Shown here: piece after piece, positions 24,289-34,363 of the stretch | Layout: each line of letters opens with the position of its first letter | Numbering within the stretch: the first letter of the stretch is position 1 | DNA from: Bryobacteraceae bacterium | GTDB lineage: Bacteria > Acidobacteriota > Terriglobia > Bryobacterales > Bryobacteraceae | Direction: 5' to 3' | Assembly: GCA_963668605.1 (NCBI GenBank) | Contig: OY764903.1 | Coordinates: forward strand, 2,341,246-2,405,245 | DNA: 64,000 nt | Made by a program: the position numbers and the translations under genes | The notes under the pieces: model-generated | Database searches by the model: none | The model's input: the letters and a program-made list of their open reading frames with translations, nothing else | Told to the model about the DNA's origin: nothing

Positions 24289-25671
24289 TCATGCACCGTG
24301 CTTCGCCAGAACGTAGCCAGTGCCATACGGAGCGCGTTGTTTGCGCGAAAGCATGGCGTTGGCTTCGTCGTCCTTCAGGAAGCGTTCGGCCTCGGGATCC
24401 CACTTCAGCGTACGGCCCAGCTTCATTGCCGTGTGCGCCAGCAGGCAGGCGCTGCACGAGCGATGGCCCACCTCAACGGGCGCCGCCGGCTCCTTGCGCG
24501 ACCGGATGCTCGTGAGCCAATCGAGATGGTGGTCGTTTTGCGGACTCGCGTGCAAGCGGATTTCGTTGTCTTTGAAACCCCCGGTGAGAATGCGCGGGTC
24601 GCTCGCGTCGAGCGTATTGCTGCGGCCCGGCGTGAACTTGCCGCGCGTCACCCAAAGCCAGCCATCTTCGCCAAGGAAGCGCACCCCAGTCGGGTACTTT
24701 TCGCTGATGTACATCGTGGCGCCGTTGGCGTAGCGCGCCTTGACATGAAAGTCGCCATGCACATCCCAGAGCCCTGTCTTTGGATACCCCGCGCTGCCGG
24801 AGATCTCTACCGGACCCGTGTACTCGGTTCCCATCGCCCAATGCGCAATATCGATATGGTGCGCACCCCAACCCGTGATCATGCCCGCGCCGAATTGCTC
24901 GCAACGCAACCAGCCGGGACGGTCGTAGCGCGCGCGCAGATCCGCCGACTGCGGGTGCACGCGCTTCTCCGTGTAATAGGCCAGCGGCGTCGAGCCCAGC
25001 CACATGTCGTAGTTCAGCACGGACGGAACAGGCATCTCCTTTTCAACCTCACCGCCCGGATCGACCGGCAGGCCGATAAAGATCTGCTTGATCTTGCCAA
25101 TGCGGCCATTGCGCACCAACTCGCAAGCAAGCCGGAAGGATTGGTCCGAGCGCTGCTGGCTGCCGAGTTGTAAAACACAACCCGTCTTCTTGACGACATC
25201 GGCCATCTGGCGGCCTTCGTGAATTGTGAGCGAGGCCGGCTTCTGCAAATACACGGCCTTGCCGGCCAGCGCCGCTTCCATCGCCGGCTGCGCATGCCAG
25301 TGATCCGGAGTGCTCACGCACACGGCGTCGATGCTCTTGTCGGCGAGCATCTCCTGATAATTCGAATAGGTCTTCACGCCGGTGTACTGGTCCTTCGAAA
25401 ACCGTTTGGCGTAGCTCGCTTCGACGAATTGCTTGCCATCGGCCACGCGAACGCTATCCAGATCGCAGACGGCGACGAAGCGCGCGACATCGGGATGCCG
25501 CAGCACTCCTGGAAGTTCGGAGCCTCGGGCGATGCGTCCGCAGCCGATCTGCGCCACCTGAATCAGATTGCTCGGCGCGGCCTTGCCGAAGACGTGCGCC
25601 GGCACGATAGCTGGAAAGCCGGCGGCCAGCGAGGCCTGCAATAGTTGTCTGCGCGAATAATGAGATTGCAT
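24289..25671 (-). CDS. Tat-exported Gfo/Idh/MocA-family oxidoreductase
   Basis: SRRQLLQASLAAG Tat signal and a Rossmann start IGCGRIARGS. Confidence 0.9.
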   Translation of the reverse strand: MQSHYSRRQLLQASLAAGFPAIVPAHVFGKAAPSNLIQVAQIGCGRIARGSELPGVLRHPDVARFVAVCDLDSVRVADGKQFVEASYAKRFSKDQYTGVKTYSNYQEMLADKSIDAVCVSTPDHWHAQPAMEAALAGKAVYLQKPASLTIHEGRQMADVVKKTGCVLQLGSQQRSDQSFRLACELVRNGRIGKIKQIFIGLPVDPGGEVEKEMPVPSVLNYDMWLGSTPLAYYTEKRVHPQSADLRARYDRPGWLRCEQFGAGMITGWGAHHIDIAHWAMGTEYTGPVEISGSAGYPKTGLWDVHGDFHVKARYANGATMYISEKYPTGVRFLGEDGWLWVTRGKFTPGRSNTLDASDPRILTGGFKDNEIRLHASPQNDHHLDWLTSIRSRKEPAAPVEVGHRSCSACLLAHTAMKLGRTLKWDPEAERFLKDDEANAMLSRKQRAPYGTGYVLAKHGA

Positions 25672-25688
25672 GACGTCTCCCGCGTTTC

Positions 25689-26456
25689 CTAACGCTTGCC
25701 TCCCATCGCCCAGAGTATCCCGCCGAGGATCTGTTTGGTCATGATGGGGTTTGTGTAATCTTCCTTCTTGTGGCCCAGCGAAGTATAGAACGCCCGGCCG
25801 CCCTCAAATTCGTGATACCAGGCCAACGGCAGCGCATCGCCGAAACGGTCGCCGGGGTACTCGGCTTTTTTCGGATCGTCGATCTTCGCCGGATCGGTCA
25901 CCAGCAGGATTTTGTTGCCGGCATTGAGATGATCGAGATAATAACATTCATCGGACCAGTCGAAGGAGGCCGGCAGATCCTTCGTCGCGGGATGGCTCGG
26001 GTCCTTCACGCGCACCTCGAACTGCTGAATCTTCGGATGGCGCACGAATTTTCCTCCCAGCAGCGCCCAGAACCAGGGCCAGGCGCGCTCCGAACCGGAG
26101 GCCGAGTGGATGCCGACGAAGCCGCCGCCCGCTTGAATGTAGCGCCTGAACGCCTCGCGTTGCTCGTCATTCTCAAACGCTTCGTTGTTGCTGTTGGAGA
26201 ATACCAGCACCGCGTACTGTTTCAGACTTTCCGCTGTGAATAGCTTAGGATCGTCCGATGCGTCCACAGCAAAGCCGTTTTCGGCTCCCAGCTTTCGAAT
26301 GGCCGCGATGCTGTCGGGGATGTTCGCGTGCACATAGCCTTTGCCGTTCGTCACAAAGTTGCGCGTGTACACCAGAACCTTCTTTTCTGCGGCCTGGCCC
26401 GCCGCACTCAACACAACGCCGAGCAGCAGAATAGATCGGATGTGCGAACGAATCAA
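25689..26456 (-). CDS. secreted ThuA-domain protein
   Basis: Signal peptide, KVLVYTRN...GGGFVGIHSAS...GGKFVRHP. TTG start with GAAGGA SD. Confidence 0.8.
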   Translation of the reverse strand: MIRSHIRSILLLGVVLSAAGQAAEKKVLVYTRNFVTNGKGYVHANIPDSIAAIRKLGAENGFAVDASDDPKLFTAESLKQYAVLVFSNSNNEAFENDEQREAFRRYIQAGGGFVGIHSASGSERAWPWFWALLGGKFVRHPKIQQFEVRVKDPSHPATKDLPASFDWSDECYYLDHLNAGNKILLVTDPAKIDDPKKAEYPGDRFGDALPLAWYHEFEGGRAFYTSLGHKKEDYTNPIMTKQILGGILWAMGGKR

Positions 26457-26564
26457 TGTGTTTGTCCTTCACGTCTGCCCAAAACGGGAGACCAATGTAA
26501 AGTATATTCTTGTCGCGGCGGAGATTGCGAAGGAGAGCGCCGTAGCGCCGCTTCGCGTCCCGAG

Positions 26565-26596
26565 ATGTTATCATGAATGGTCGATGGTGATAACAT
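26565..26596. promoter_or_regulatory. 9-bp inverted repeat ATGTTATCA-N14-TGATAACAT overlapping the vapB start
   Basis: Perfect arms. The right arm covers ATG 26595. This is typical of an autoregulatory toxin-antitoxin operator. Confidence 0.45.
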
Positions 26597-26819
26597 GATC
26601 CGGACGCAGATCAGTCTCGATGAGCAAGAGTACGCCGAGTTGAAAGACGAGGCGCGCGCCTTGGGCATCCCGGCGGCGGAGTTCGTGCGGCGAGCGATCC
26701 GGGAGGCGCTTCCTCCCCGGGGAGAAGGTCCCTGGATGAAGTTCGCCGGTTTCGTCGAGACCGGCAACCCCCGTTCGAGCCAGTCCATTGATGAGATCGT
26801 GTATGGCCAAAAAGACTGA
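26595..26819 (+). CDS. vapB: ribbon-helix-helix antitoxin (VapB-like)
   Basis: MIRTQISLDEQEYAELKDEARALGIPAAEFVRRAIREAL is an RHH fold pattern. It overlaps the PIN gene by 17 nt. The start could also be 26577. Confidence 0.75.
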   Translation: MIRTQISLDEQEYAELKDEARALGIPAAEFVRRAIREALPPRGEGPWMKFAGFVETGNPRSSQSIDEIVYGQKD

Positions 26820-27237
26820 GTGCTACGCGGATACGTCGGCCTTCATAGCCTTTTTGGACCGGTCCGATAGCTACCATGCGCTCTTTCGCCGGCTGTTCTC
26901 TGAGCCTCCGCCCCTCGCCACCTCTGCGCTGGTCATAGCCGAAGGACATGGATGGTTCCTGCGCCGCTACGATCAGCAGAGAGCAATACAATTCCTGGCA
27001 TTCCTCCAGGCCTTGCCCAGCCTGACGATCCGAGCTTTCGACGCTTCCGAGCTGATCAAGGCCAGCCGCATTGTTAAAAAGTTCACAGATCAGAATCTCA
27101 CCTTGGCCGATGCACATGGGCTTTCGATGATGCAGGAGCGCCGGATTGGTTGCTGCTGGTCAACGGATCGCCATCTCGGCCTGAATGGAGTCCCTTTGGT
27201 CACGGGATCGGCATTGTCTCGCCCACGCACGCCGTGA
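26803..27237 (+). CDS. vapC: PIN-domain toxin (VapC-like)
   Basis: Acidic residues lie in the expected contexts: YADTSAF, IAEGH, LADAH and STDRH. Confidence 0.85.
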   Translation: MAKKTECYADTSAFIAFLDRSDSYHALFRRLFSEPPPLATSALVIAEGHGWFLRRYDQQRAIQFLAFLQALPSLTIRAFDASELIKASRIVKKFTDQNLTLADAHGLSMMQERRIGCCWSTDRHLGLNGVPLVTGSALSRPRTP

Positions 27238-27265
27238 GTGCCTTCTGCAGCACCCGGAGGGCCTA

Positions 27266-28404
27266 GTGTAGTGTCTCACAAATAACTTTACAATGGTTCG
27301 TTCCGCGGGCATACTGGATGTACCATGTGGAGCGTGGCGGAACCGTTAGCTTTAGATCCAGACCAGCGGCGCACGTTGGAAGCGTGGGTCCATGCCCGCA
27401 ACACGCCGCAGAAGATCGTTTTTCGTTCGCGCATCGTGCTGTTGGCAGCCAGCGGCCAGCCGAATCGGCGGATCGCCCAAGAACTGAAGACCAGCCGTCC
27501 GACGGTGATTCTGTGGCGGCAACGTTTTCTCAGCAGCGGGCCGGTAGCACTCACCGAAGATGAGCCTGGGCGTGGCCGCAAGGCGGGAGTTTCAGTCGAG
27601 AAAGTGAAGCAGATTGTGGAGGCCACGCTGCATAGCCAGCCGGTCTGCGCTACGCACTGGAGCGTGCGAACCATGGCGGTCGCACAAAGCGTCAGCCCAG
27701 CCACAGTGCAACGAATCTGGGACGCCCACGGTTTGCAGCCGCATCGCAGTAAGACCTTCAAATTGTCGCGGGATAAGCGGTTCGTAGAAAAGCTCACCGA
27801 CGTGGTGGGCCTATACCTGAATCCGCCGGACAAGGCACTGGTGCTATGTTTCGATGAGAAGAGCCAGATTCAAGCCTTAGACCGAACGCAGCCGGGCCTG
27901 CCCATGAAAAAGGGCCGCTGCGGTACGATGACCCACGACTACAAACGTCACGGCACGACGACACTATTCGCCGTCCTGAACGTGCTCGAAGGAACCGTGA
28001 TCGGAGAGTGCATGGCGCGGCACAGGCACCAGGAGTTTCTCAAGTTCCTTCGAAAGATCGATCGGGAAACGCCAGCCGATCTGACCTTGCATCTCATCCT
28101 GGATAACTACTCGGCACACAAGCATGACGCTGTCCAACGATGGTTGAAGCGCCACGGTCGATTTCAACTTCACTACACACCCACGAGTTCCTCATGGCTG
28201 AATCTAGTGGAGCGCTGGTTTCGCGAGATCACCGACAAGCGTATTCGGCGTGGCAGTTTCCACAGTGTGGGAGAACTGGAACAGGCGATCAACGAATATC
28301 TGGCCCACAACAATAAGCAACCGAAGCCATTCGTTTGGACAGCGAGCGTGAACAAGATCCTGGAAAAGATCGGCCATTGTAAAGCTATTTTAGAGACACT
28401 ACAC
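27266..28404 (+). mobile_element. IS630-family insertion sequence, intact
   Basis: 31-nt terminal inverted repeats (27266-27296 and 28374-28404) match at 28 of 31 positions. TA flanks both ends (27264-27265 and 28405-28406). It carries a single DDE transposase ORF. Confidence 0.9.
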
Positions 28405-28407
28405 TAG
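27325..28407 (+). CDS. IS630-family transposase
   Basis: N-terminal HTH region, then LCFDEKSQIQAL, ILDNYSAHK and WLNLVERWF motifs. The stop codon TAG spans the last IS base side and the flanking TA. Confidence 0.9.
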   Translation: MWSVAEPLALDPDQRRTLEAWVHARNTPQKIVFRSRIVLLAASGQPNRRIAQELKTSRPTVILWRQRFLSSGPVALTEDEPGRGRKAGVSVEKVKQIVEATLHSQPVCATHWSVRTMAVAQSVSPATVQRIWDAHGLQPHRSKTFKLSRDKRFVEKLTDVVGLYLNPPDKALVLCFDEKSQIQALDRTQPGLPMKKGRCGTMTHDYKRHGTTTLFAVLNVLEGTVIGECMARHRHQEFLKFLRKIDRETPADLTLHLILDNYSAHKHDAVQRWLKRHGRFQLHYTPTSSSWLNLVERWFREITDKRIRRGSFHSVGELEQAINEYLAHNNKQPKPFVWTASVNKILEKIGHCKAILETLH

Positions 28408-28421
28408 CGCTCTCAATCTCC

Positions 28422-30623
28422 TTACCGGCGTACGGAGATGATTTTCCCGCGTGGGCTCGCTTCGGAGCCCAGGGACACAATCACTTCATGCTCGCCGTCG
28501 GGCAGATTCGGCACGACCACGTTGAGTTGGTACAGGCCGTTGCCAATCAAGCCGGCATAGCCGACCTGGGCTTGCACGGATCCGATCTGAACCCTGAGAC
28601 GAGCGGCCTCAGGGAGAGGCACGGACCCTGAGAAGCGCTGCCGGTTCGACACAGGCGGATCCGTCGGTCCGAAGCCCGTGCCATAGAACACGATGGTCTC
28701 TCCGGGTTGGGCGGGACGGCTGGCGACGTTGGGCGGCAGCAAACCCGGCCTTGCGACATAACTCCAGTCGGAGTGCAGCGCGACCAGATAGTTACCCGGT
28801 GGGATCGACAGGGGGAACAGGCCTGGCGCATACTGCTTCACCATGACGGTGCTCTTCTGCCAACCGAGCGAACTCTTCACCGTCACATCGACAGGACCTC
28901 GCGGCAGACTGTCAGGTGCGAGCACGTTCAACTGCGTCGGGCTGATGAAGCTGACCACAGCGGGTGTGTCGTTGAAAGAGACCTCGACTCCGTCCAGAAT
29001 CGTCGGCAGCCAATCGTAGACGATGTCGGCTTCCGTCCAGTCACGCCGGTTGGGAGAAAGATTCCGTCCGTAAAGACTGACCCACGAACCCGGGGCAATC
29101 TCGGGCAGACCCGAAGCCGAACTCGCAACCGCGCCAATCACCGGCTGGTTCGCCACAGGCACAAGCAAACCGTCCTGGCTCTTCTTTCCGCCGATCTCCA
29201 CACTAATCGGTAAATCTCCAACACCCAAGCCGGTTGGCACCCTGGCGGTGATGCGATACTGGCCGATCATCTGGGGCAAAACCTCAGCGACGACGTTCTC
29301 TAGCTGCTTGCCGCCAATTGTCACGGTCGGAGTCAGTAGAGTTCGCGCAGGCTGGAGGAGGCTGAATCCGGTTACCATAGGCGGATTTGTCTGACCGAGG
29401 CCGGTCATGTGGATGTAGATGATATCTCCGGGCATGACCGGATTCGTCGGGGACGCAGGTCCTCCGGTATTCGTGATTACGACTCCCGCGTATGGCGACT
29501 GTGAGTTGGTCGCGAGGGTCGGACTGTAGGCATCCAGCGTGAAGTTGAGCGTATTGGACTTCAGCGTCTGGCTGTCCGCGGTCCTTTCCACACTCAGTGT
29601 CGCCGGACCTGGGCTTACTTCGAACGGGATTTGAATGTATATGAAGTTGGGCCCTATCACCTGGATGGCGGCTGGGCGTCCGTTGACATTCACAGTCAAG
29701 CCCTGACACCTGGTCGGCCAGACAGCGGGATCGATCGAGCACTGGCCGATGCCGCCCGGGCTGGGCAGGAAACCGCCTCCCACAACAGCGGCCATCGCAC
29801 CGGGCGATAGCGTACGGACCCTGGCGTCGAACAGGCTCTGGACATAGCCGACAGATGGCGCCGCGGCCGGGAGCCCGACGACCAGTGTGCCCGTATTGCT
29901 CTGCTTGCCGCCAATTTGCAGGTATATGTTCTGGTCGCCCGGCGGCGTGTCGGCGGGCAGTATGAAGCGAACCAGGAAGTTTCCGGGGTCGCATAACGCT
30001 CCACACCCGAGTCCTGAAAAAAGTACCGGAACCGGCCGATTCCCCATCCACAGTGTGGGTAGCGACACTGCGGGTGCGTCGCCCATTTCGCCCGTGGGCA
30101 CCACCGGGTTCGTCGGGCCGAGGCCCACGGCGTACAGCGTCAATTCCTGCCCCGCTACCGCCGGATTGAACCGCGTTATGGCGCGCTGTGCCCGGTCCGA
30201 GAAATACCCAAAGAGCTGACCCGCATCGCTAAGCATCTGAATTCCTGGGGCATACTGCTCCACAGCGACGGAATATGCATTTGAGGTCAGGCCAGCGTAG
30301 TTCTTGACGACTATCGTGACTTGGCCCCGAGGCTGGTCCGACGGAATATAGGTGATGATTTGGCCCGGAAAGGCGTAGCGGATTGGTACAGCCGCTCCAT
30401 TCACCGTAACTGTAACCGAGCCGCAGCTAAACGGGACTTTGGGGCCGGGACAACTGGCGTTTGCGTTGGCAAAGTTAGTGCCATTCACGGTAATCGGCAT
30501 TCCCGGCGCCAGCGGAGCGGCTGACGAGGCCTGGCTCACGACGTTGTTGATAAAGGGGGTCTGCGCAACGGCATCCGAAAAGCAGGCGAGTAACATCGCC
30601 ACTACGTGAGCGGCAAGTTTCAT
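28422..30623 (-). CDS. secreted protein made of three tandem Solibacter-type (TIGR03437-like) modules
   Basis: Signal peptide, then three units of about 230 aa. Each contains YAPG(I/L)..., LY.TG.GPT.P and a final V.VP..L..G motif. Confidence 0.8.
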   Translation of the reverse strand: MKLAAHVVAMLLACFSDAVAQTPFINNVVSQASSAAPLAPGMPITVNGTNFANANASCPGPKVPFSCGSVTVTVNGAAVPIRYAFPGQIITYIPSDQPRGQVTIVVKNYAGLTSNAYSVAVEQYAPGIQMLSDAGQLFGYFSDRAQRAITRFNPAVAGQELTLYAVGLGPTNPVVPTGEMGDAPAVSLPTLWMGNRPVPVLFSGLGCGALCDPGNFLVRFILPADTPPGDQNIYLQIGGKQSNTGTLVVGLPAAAPSVGYVQSLFDARVRTLSPGAMAAVVGGGFLPSPGGIGQCSIDPAVWPTRCQGLTVNVNGRPAAIQVIGPNFIYIQIPFEVSPGPATLSVERTADSQTLKSNTLNFTLDAYSPTLATNSQSPYAGVVITNTGGPASPTNPVMPGDIIYIHMTGLGQTNPPMVTGFSLLQPARTLLTPTVTIGGKQLENVVAEVLPQMIGQYRITARVPTGLGVGDLPISVEIGGKKSQDGLLVPVANQPVIGAVASSASGLPEIAPGSWVSLYGRNLSPNRRDWTEADIVYDWLPTILDGVEVSFNDTPAVVSFISPTQLNVLAPDSLPRGPVDVTVKSSLGWQKSTVMVKQYAPGLFPLSIPPGNYLVALHSDWSYVARPGLLPPNVASRPAQPGETIVFYGTGFGPTDPPVSNRQRFSGSVPLPEAARLRVQIGSVQAQVGYAGLIGNGLYQLNVVVPNLPDGEHEVIVSLGSEASPRGKIISVRR

Positions 30624-30739
30624 AATTACGACTCGCTATCAGCCAGAATTTGCTGTTTTTGTAAATTTCGGCTGAGCCCAGATTACTACCATCTGTCTCT
30701 TTTGGAGCCGTTAAATTCGCTTGCTGGAACTGCCTTAGC

Positions 30740-32005
30740 CTATTCCAGTTCGTTCGCCAGCTTGGCGAGCCAGGCCGCAACTTCCTGCGCACCTGCGGGA
30801 ATCGTGAGTTTGCGCTGCGTCATGGCCGATTTCGGGTAGCCACCGATCTCTTCCTGACTGTCGATGAAGCGGCCCTTGCGCGCAGCGAAATCACTCAGGA
30901 TGCGTTGGTCCACTGCATCCCGATCCAACGGGCGCGCCCCCGCATGCCGGACTACGAATTCGACGACATCCTTCGCCGGCCGGGCCACGAACCCTTCCGG
31001 CCAGGATGGCTTCTGTGGCAAGAGGTTCACCGCCCCGGCGGTCATTGCGACAGGTTTGCCCGCCGGATCCAGTGCGATGTTGTCCTCGAGATAGACGTCG
31101 CCCTTGGAGCCGACGAGCGCGAGTCCCTTTGCCGTGTTTGCGCCATGCAGCATTACGTTGCCCACAACGCTGACGCGCGCATTCTGAGGGGTGATGCCGG
31201 AGCCGTCGAACTCGGATTGCACCCAATTGACCTGAATCGCATTCCGGCCCGGGTTATAGATCACGTTGTTCACGATCACTCCGGTGGTGAAGGCCTTGAA
31301 ATACGGGTTACGCGAATTGTTGTGCGCATAGAGATTTCCAATCACGGCAATGTTCGTGCAGTAGTCGTGAACCAACGAGCCCATCGAGTGTATGCCTTTA
31401 CTGTGGCTGGAATCGTAGAGTCCTTCGGCGATGATGTTATTGCTGAACGTAATGTTCCGCGATGTCGCCTGGGCTCCTTCGAGCCGCGGTCCCGAAGCCG
31501 AAAGGTTCTCATCGACGGCCCACGCAAACGAGCAGTGGTCGACCACGATGTTGTAGCTCTGTGCACCCGAAGTCGTCACCTCCGGCTCCCATCCGCTCTT
31601 CTTCGGCTGCCCGGCATCACCGATGCGCACGCGTACGTGCTGCATCAAGACGTCGTGCGTCGAGATGGAAATACCGCCGCGGATGATCGTGATGCCGGGC
31701 GAAGGAGCGGTTTGTCCGGCGATCGTCACAAACGGCTCGTTGATTCCCAGCCGCTTGCGGTTGAGATCGATCACACCGCCAACTTCGAAAACCACAATGC
31801 GCGGCCCCTTCGCGGTCAGGGCTTCCTGCAGCGAGCCCGCGCCGTCCGCATTGAGGTTGGTGACGCGAATCACTCGCCCGCCACGCCCGGCGCCCGTCTC
31901 GATTCCGAATCCCTGAGCCCCCGGGAAAACAGTAGCCGGAGCTGCCAGTGCAGTCGCCACAATAGCCAGGAAGCATATCGCCAAATTGAGTATCATCGCG
32001 ATCAT
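30740..32005 (-). CDS. secreted pectate-lyase-like right-handed beta-helix protein
   Basis: I chose the start at MIAMILNL because it is a signal peptide. [37 protein letters not shown] is a pattern I associate with pectate lyases. Confidence 0.7.
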   Translation of the reverse strand: MIAMILNLAICFLAIVATALAAPATVFPGAQGFGIETGAGRGGRVIRVTNLNADGAGSLQEALTAKGPRIVVFEVGGVIDLNRKRLGINEPFVTIAGQTAPSPGITIIRGGISISTHDVLMQHVRVRIGDAGQPKKSGWEPEVTTSGAQSYNIVVDHCSFAWAVDENLSASGPRLEGAQATSRNITFSNNIIAEGLYDSSHSKGIHSMGSLVHDYCTNIAVIGNLYAHNNSRNPYFKAFTTGVIVNNVIYNPGRNAIQVNWVQSEFDGSGITPQNARVSVVGNVMLHGANTAKGLALVGSKGDVYLEDNIALDPAGKPVAMTAGAVNLLPQKPSWPEGFVARPAKDVVEFVVRHAGARPLDRDAVDQRILSDFAARKGRFIDSQEEIGGYPKSAMTQRKLTIPAGAQEVAAWLAKLANELE

Positions 32006-32054
32006 TGTCTCTCTTTCGATCGGCAGCCGAAGGCAACGTGGCGGCGGTCCGGCC

Positions 32055-33737
32055 TCAGTACAACTCCCACGGCGCACGCATAAAACCCGGAGCCATTTCG
32101 CGGCCAAACCGCAGCGGCGGCAAGCCGTTCTCAAAGGCACCCTTGTCCGGGGCTGCACCGCTGAATTCGTCGTTGAAGCCTGGCAGTCGCACTCCTGTGT
32201 TGAGTGCCGGATTCTTCACTTGCACCATCGGATCAGTGATTGCGACGGTCTTGCCGTTACGTGTCGATTCGATCCGGCCCCAGGTGATGCTGTTCATTGT
32301 AGATGCCAGATACCACTCCGGCCGCTCGCTTGGCAGAAACATCGATTGCACGAAGCCCCCGCCCAGATAGCCGCCCGTCAGATCATGCTTGAAGTCATTG
32401 CGTGGCGCGCCTCGATCTTCGGGATACGCCCGGCCGCGCACATAGAAAATGTTGTTGCGGCTCACCGCGTTGTGCAGTTCGTGACCACTAAAGACGTCCA
32501 GTGCGCCTTTCGGCTGTAGCGCCGTGTTGTGATAGATGAAGCGGTATCCCAGGCCGGTGCTGACGCGCTCGCCGTTGATCGTCAGTTCCTTCATGCCGGT
32601 CTTGATCATATTGCCCCCTGACGGATCCTGGTGCGAAACGCGGCTCTCGCCGAACACGTTTCGAAAGATGTACAGCGGCCCCATCGCGGTTGAGGCCGTC
32701 GCGATATGCACGAACGTGTGGTGGATGTAGTTGCTCCAGATGCGCACGTTCATGTTCGCGCCTTCACTTTCGATCGCGTCATCCCAGCAGTTCGAAATGA
32801 TGTTGCCGTAAATATCCGAATCGCGGTTCGGACTGCCTTTGAAGCTGACGTTGGAGCTGCCGCCGATTCCATCGTTGAAACCGTGGTCTTCGGTCGACCG
32901 GATCGTGTTGTAGCGGATCACATTGCCGCCGCGCGAATCCTTGAGCGAAATGCCTTGCGGCCCTGAGGGATGTCCGCTCTCCCAGTCATTCGCGCCACTG
33001 CGCGGATACTCGATCAAATTACGCTGGATCACCAGATTGCCGGCGTCGATTTCGGCATTGATGCCGCTTTCCGAACCACCGGTCACACCCCACACGCGCG
33101 CGCCGCCAACTCGGCCCCAACCCGTGATATGGCAATCTTCGACCACGACATGCTGCACGCCCTTGCGGATAAGCACGCCGTGGACGCCCGCATTCCTCAG
33201 TTCCAGGCCGCGCAGGATGACGTAGTCGGCTTCGACAACGATGTTGTAATCCGACAGATTGAATACGTCGTTGATGTACTTTGTCCCGACCTCCGGCGTG
33301 ACTAGATGCCAGGCCTGTGCAGTGCCGGGTTCGCGGATTGTCAGTGTCTGCTCGACGGTGCCGCCCGGCAGCAGCGTCGTTTTGCCGATCGCGAATTTTT
33401 CATCGAGCGTGCGGCCTTGAAAATCGAGGCGCTGTCCGCCCGTTTCGAGCTGAATATGGTATAGCGTGTTCGGCGTCAACCCAACCAGCGACCCGCGATA
33501 CTGCTGCTCGCGCGCATCAAAGACGAGCGCTTGACCGTCGCGCCACTTCGCGCCGTCCGCCGCACGATAACGCACGCGGCAGCCGTCCGGAGCGACGGCG
33601 CGATTGTAATAGAGCCCCAACGATTCGAACGTCGGAACAGCCCAGGCCTTCGCGGACGTCGCCGCATCTTGACTCGCCAGCGCCGGAACAAGCGCCATCA
33701 GGGAACACATCACCGTCTTGAACGTCATCGCGATCAT
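32055..33737 (-). CDS. secreted right-handed parallel beta-helix repeat protein (polysaccharide lyase/hydrolase-like)
   Basis: Signal peptide plus repeated beta-helix turns ([12 protein letters not shown]..., [33 protein letters not shown]). Confidence 0.65.
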   Translation of the reverse strand: MIAMTFKTVMCSLMALVPALASQDAATSAKAWAVPTFESLGLYYNRAVAPDGCRVRYRAADGAKWRDGQALVFDAREQQYRGSLVGLTPNTLYHIQLETGGQRLDFQGRTLDEKFAIGKTTLLPGGTVEQTLTIREPGTAQAWHLVTPEVGTKYINDVFNLSDYNIVVEADYVILRGLELRNAGVHGVLIRKGVQHVVVEDCHITGWGRVGGARVWGVTGGSESGINAEIDAGNLVIQRNLIEYPRSGANDWESGHPSGPQGISLKDSRGGNVIRYNTIRSTEDHGFNDGIGGSSNVSFKGSPNRDSDIYGNIISNCWDDAIESEGANMNVRIWSNYIHHTFVHIATASTAMGPLYIFRNVFGESRVSHQDPSGGNMIKTGMKELTINGERVSTGLGYRFIYHNTALQPKGALDVFSGHELHNAVSRNNIFYVRGRAYPEDRGAPRNDFKHDLTGGYLGGGFVQSMFLPSERPEWYLASTMNSITWGRIESTRNGKTVAITDPMVQVKNPALNTGVRLPGFNDEFSGAAPDKGAFENGLPPLRFGREMAPGFMRAPWELY

Positions 33738-33927
33738 TGTCTCTCAGGACGAGGGTTCGCAGCGAGACTATCCTACGAACACGCAGCAGCGTCCCCGTAT
33801 TCCGCATCGACGGAAACTCTGCTGGCCGCTCGTTCCGTGTAAAATAACGAAATTAGGGCGGAATCGCCGGGCCGAGGCGATGGGATCCGAATCACGAAGC
33901 CAAAGAACATAGTTAGGAAAGAGCGAT

Positions 33928-34359
33928 ATGCGAAACCGAATTCTCGTTATGATGGCACTACTCGCGGCGCCGGCTCTGTTTGCACAGGATGCGGCCAAAG
34001 CCGTCGAAGCCGCCGAACGCAACTGGAGCACAGCCACCACCAAGAACGACTTTGCGCTGCTCGGCAAACTGCTCGCCGATGATCTCAGCTACACGCATTC
34101 GACCGGGGCGGTCGACAACAAGGAGACCTTCATCGGCAACCTCAAGAGCGGCAAGGCGCGCTATGTGAGCATCACCTACAACCAACTCAAGGTGCAGGTG
34201 CTCAGTCCCGACAACGCCATCACGATCTGCCGCGCGGCGGTCACAACGATGAAGGACAGCAAGCCCAACCCGGTCAAGCTCTCGTTCCTGCATGTCTTCC
34301 ACAAGAAGGGCGGACAGTGGCAGATGGTGGCGCACCAGTCGGCGCGCCTGCCGGACTAA
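33928..34359 (+). CDS. secreted DUF4440/SnoaL-like (NTF2 fold) protein
   Basis: Signal peptide, then AERNWSTATTKNDFALLGKLLADDLSYTHSTG...KGGQWQMVAHQS. Confidence 0.7.
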   Translation: MRNRILVMMALLAAPALFAQDAAKAVEAAERNWSTATTKNDFALLGKLLADDLSYTHSTGAVDNKETFIGNLKSGKARYVSITYNQLKVQVLSPDNAITICRAAVTTMKDSKPNPVKLSFLHVFHKKGGQWQMVAHQSARLPD

Positions 34360-34363
34360 GCGC

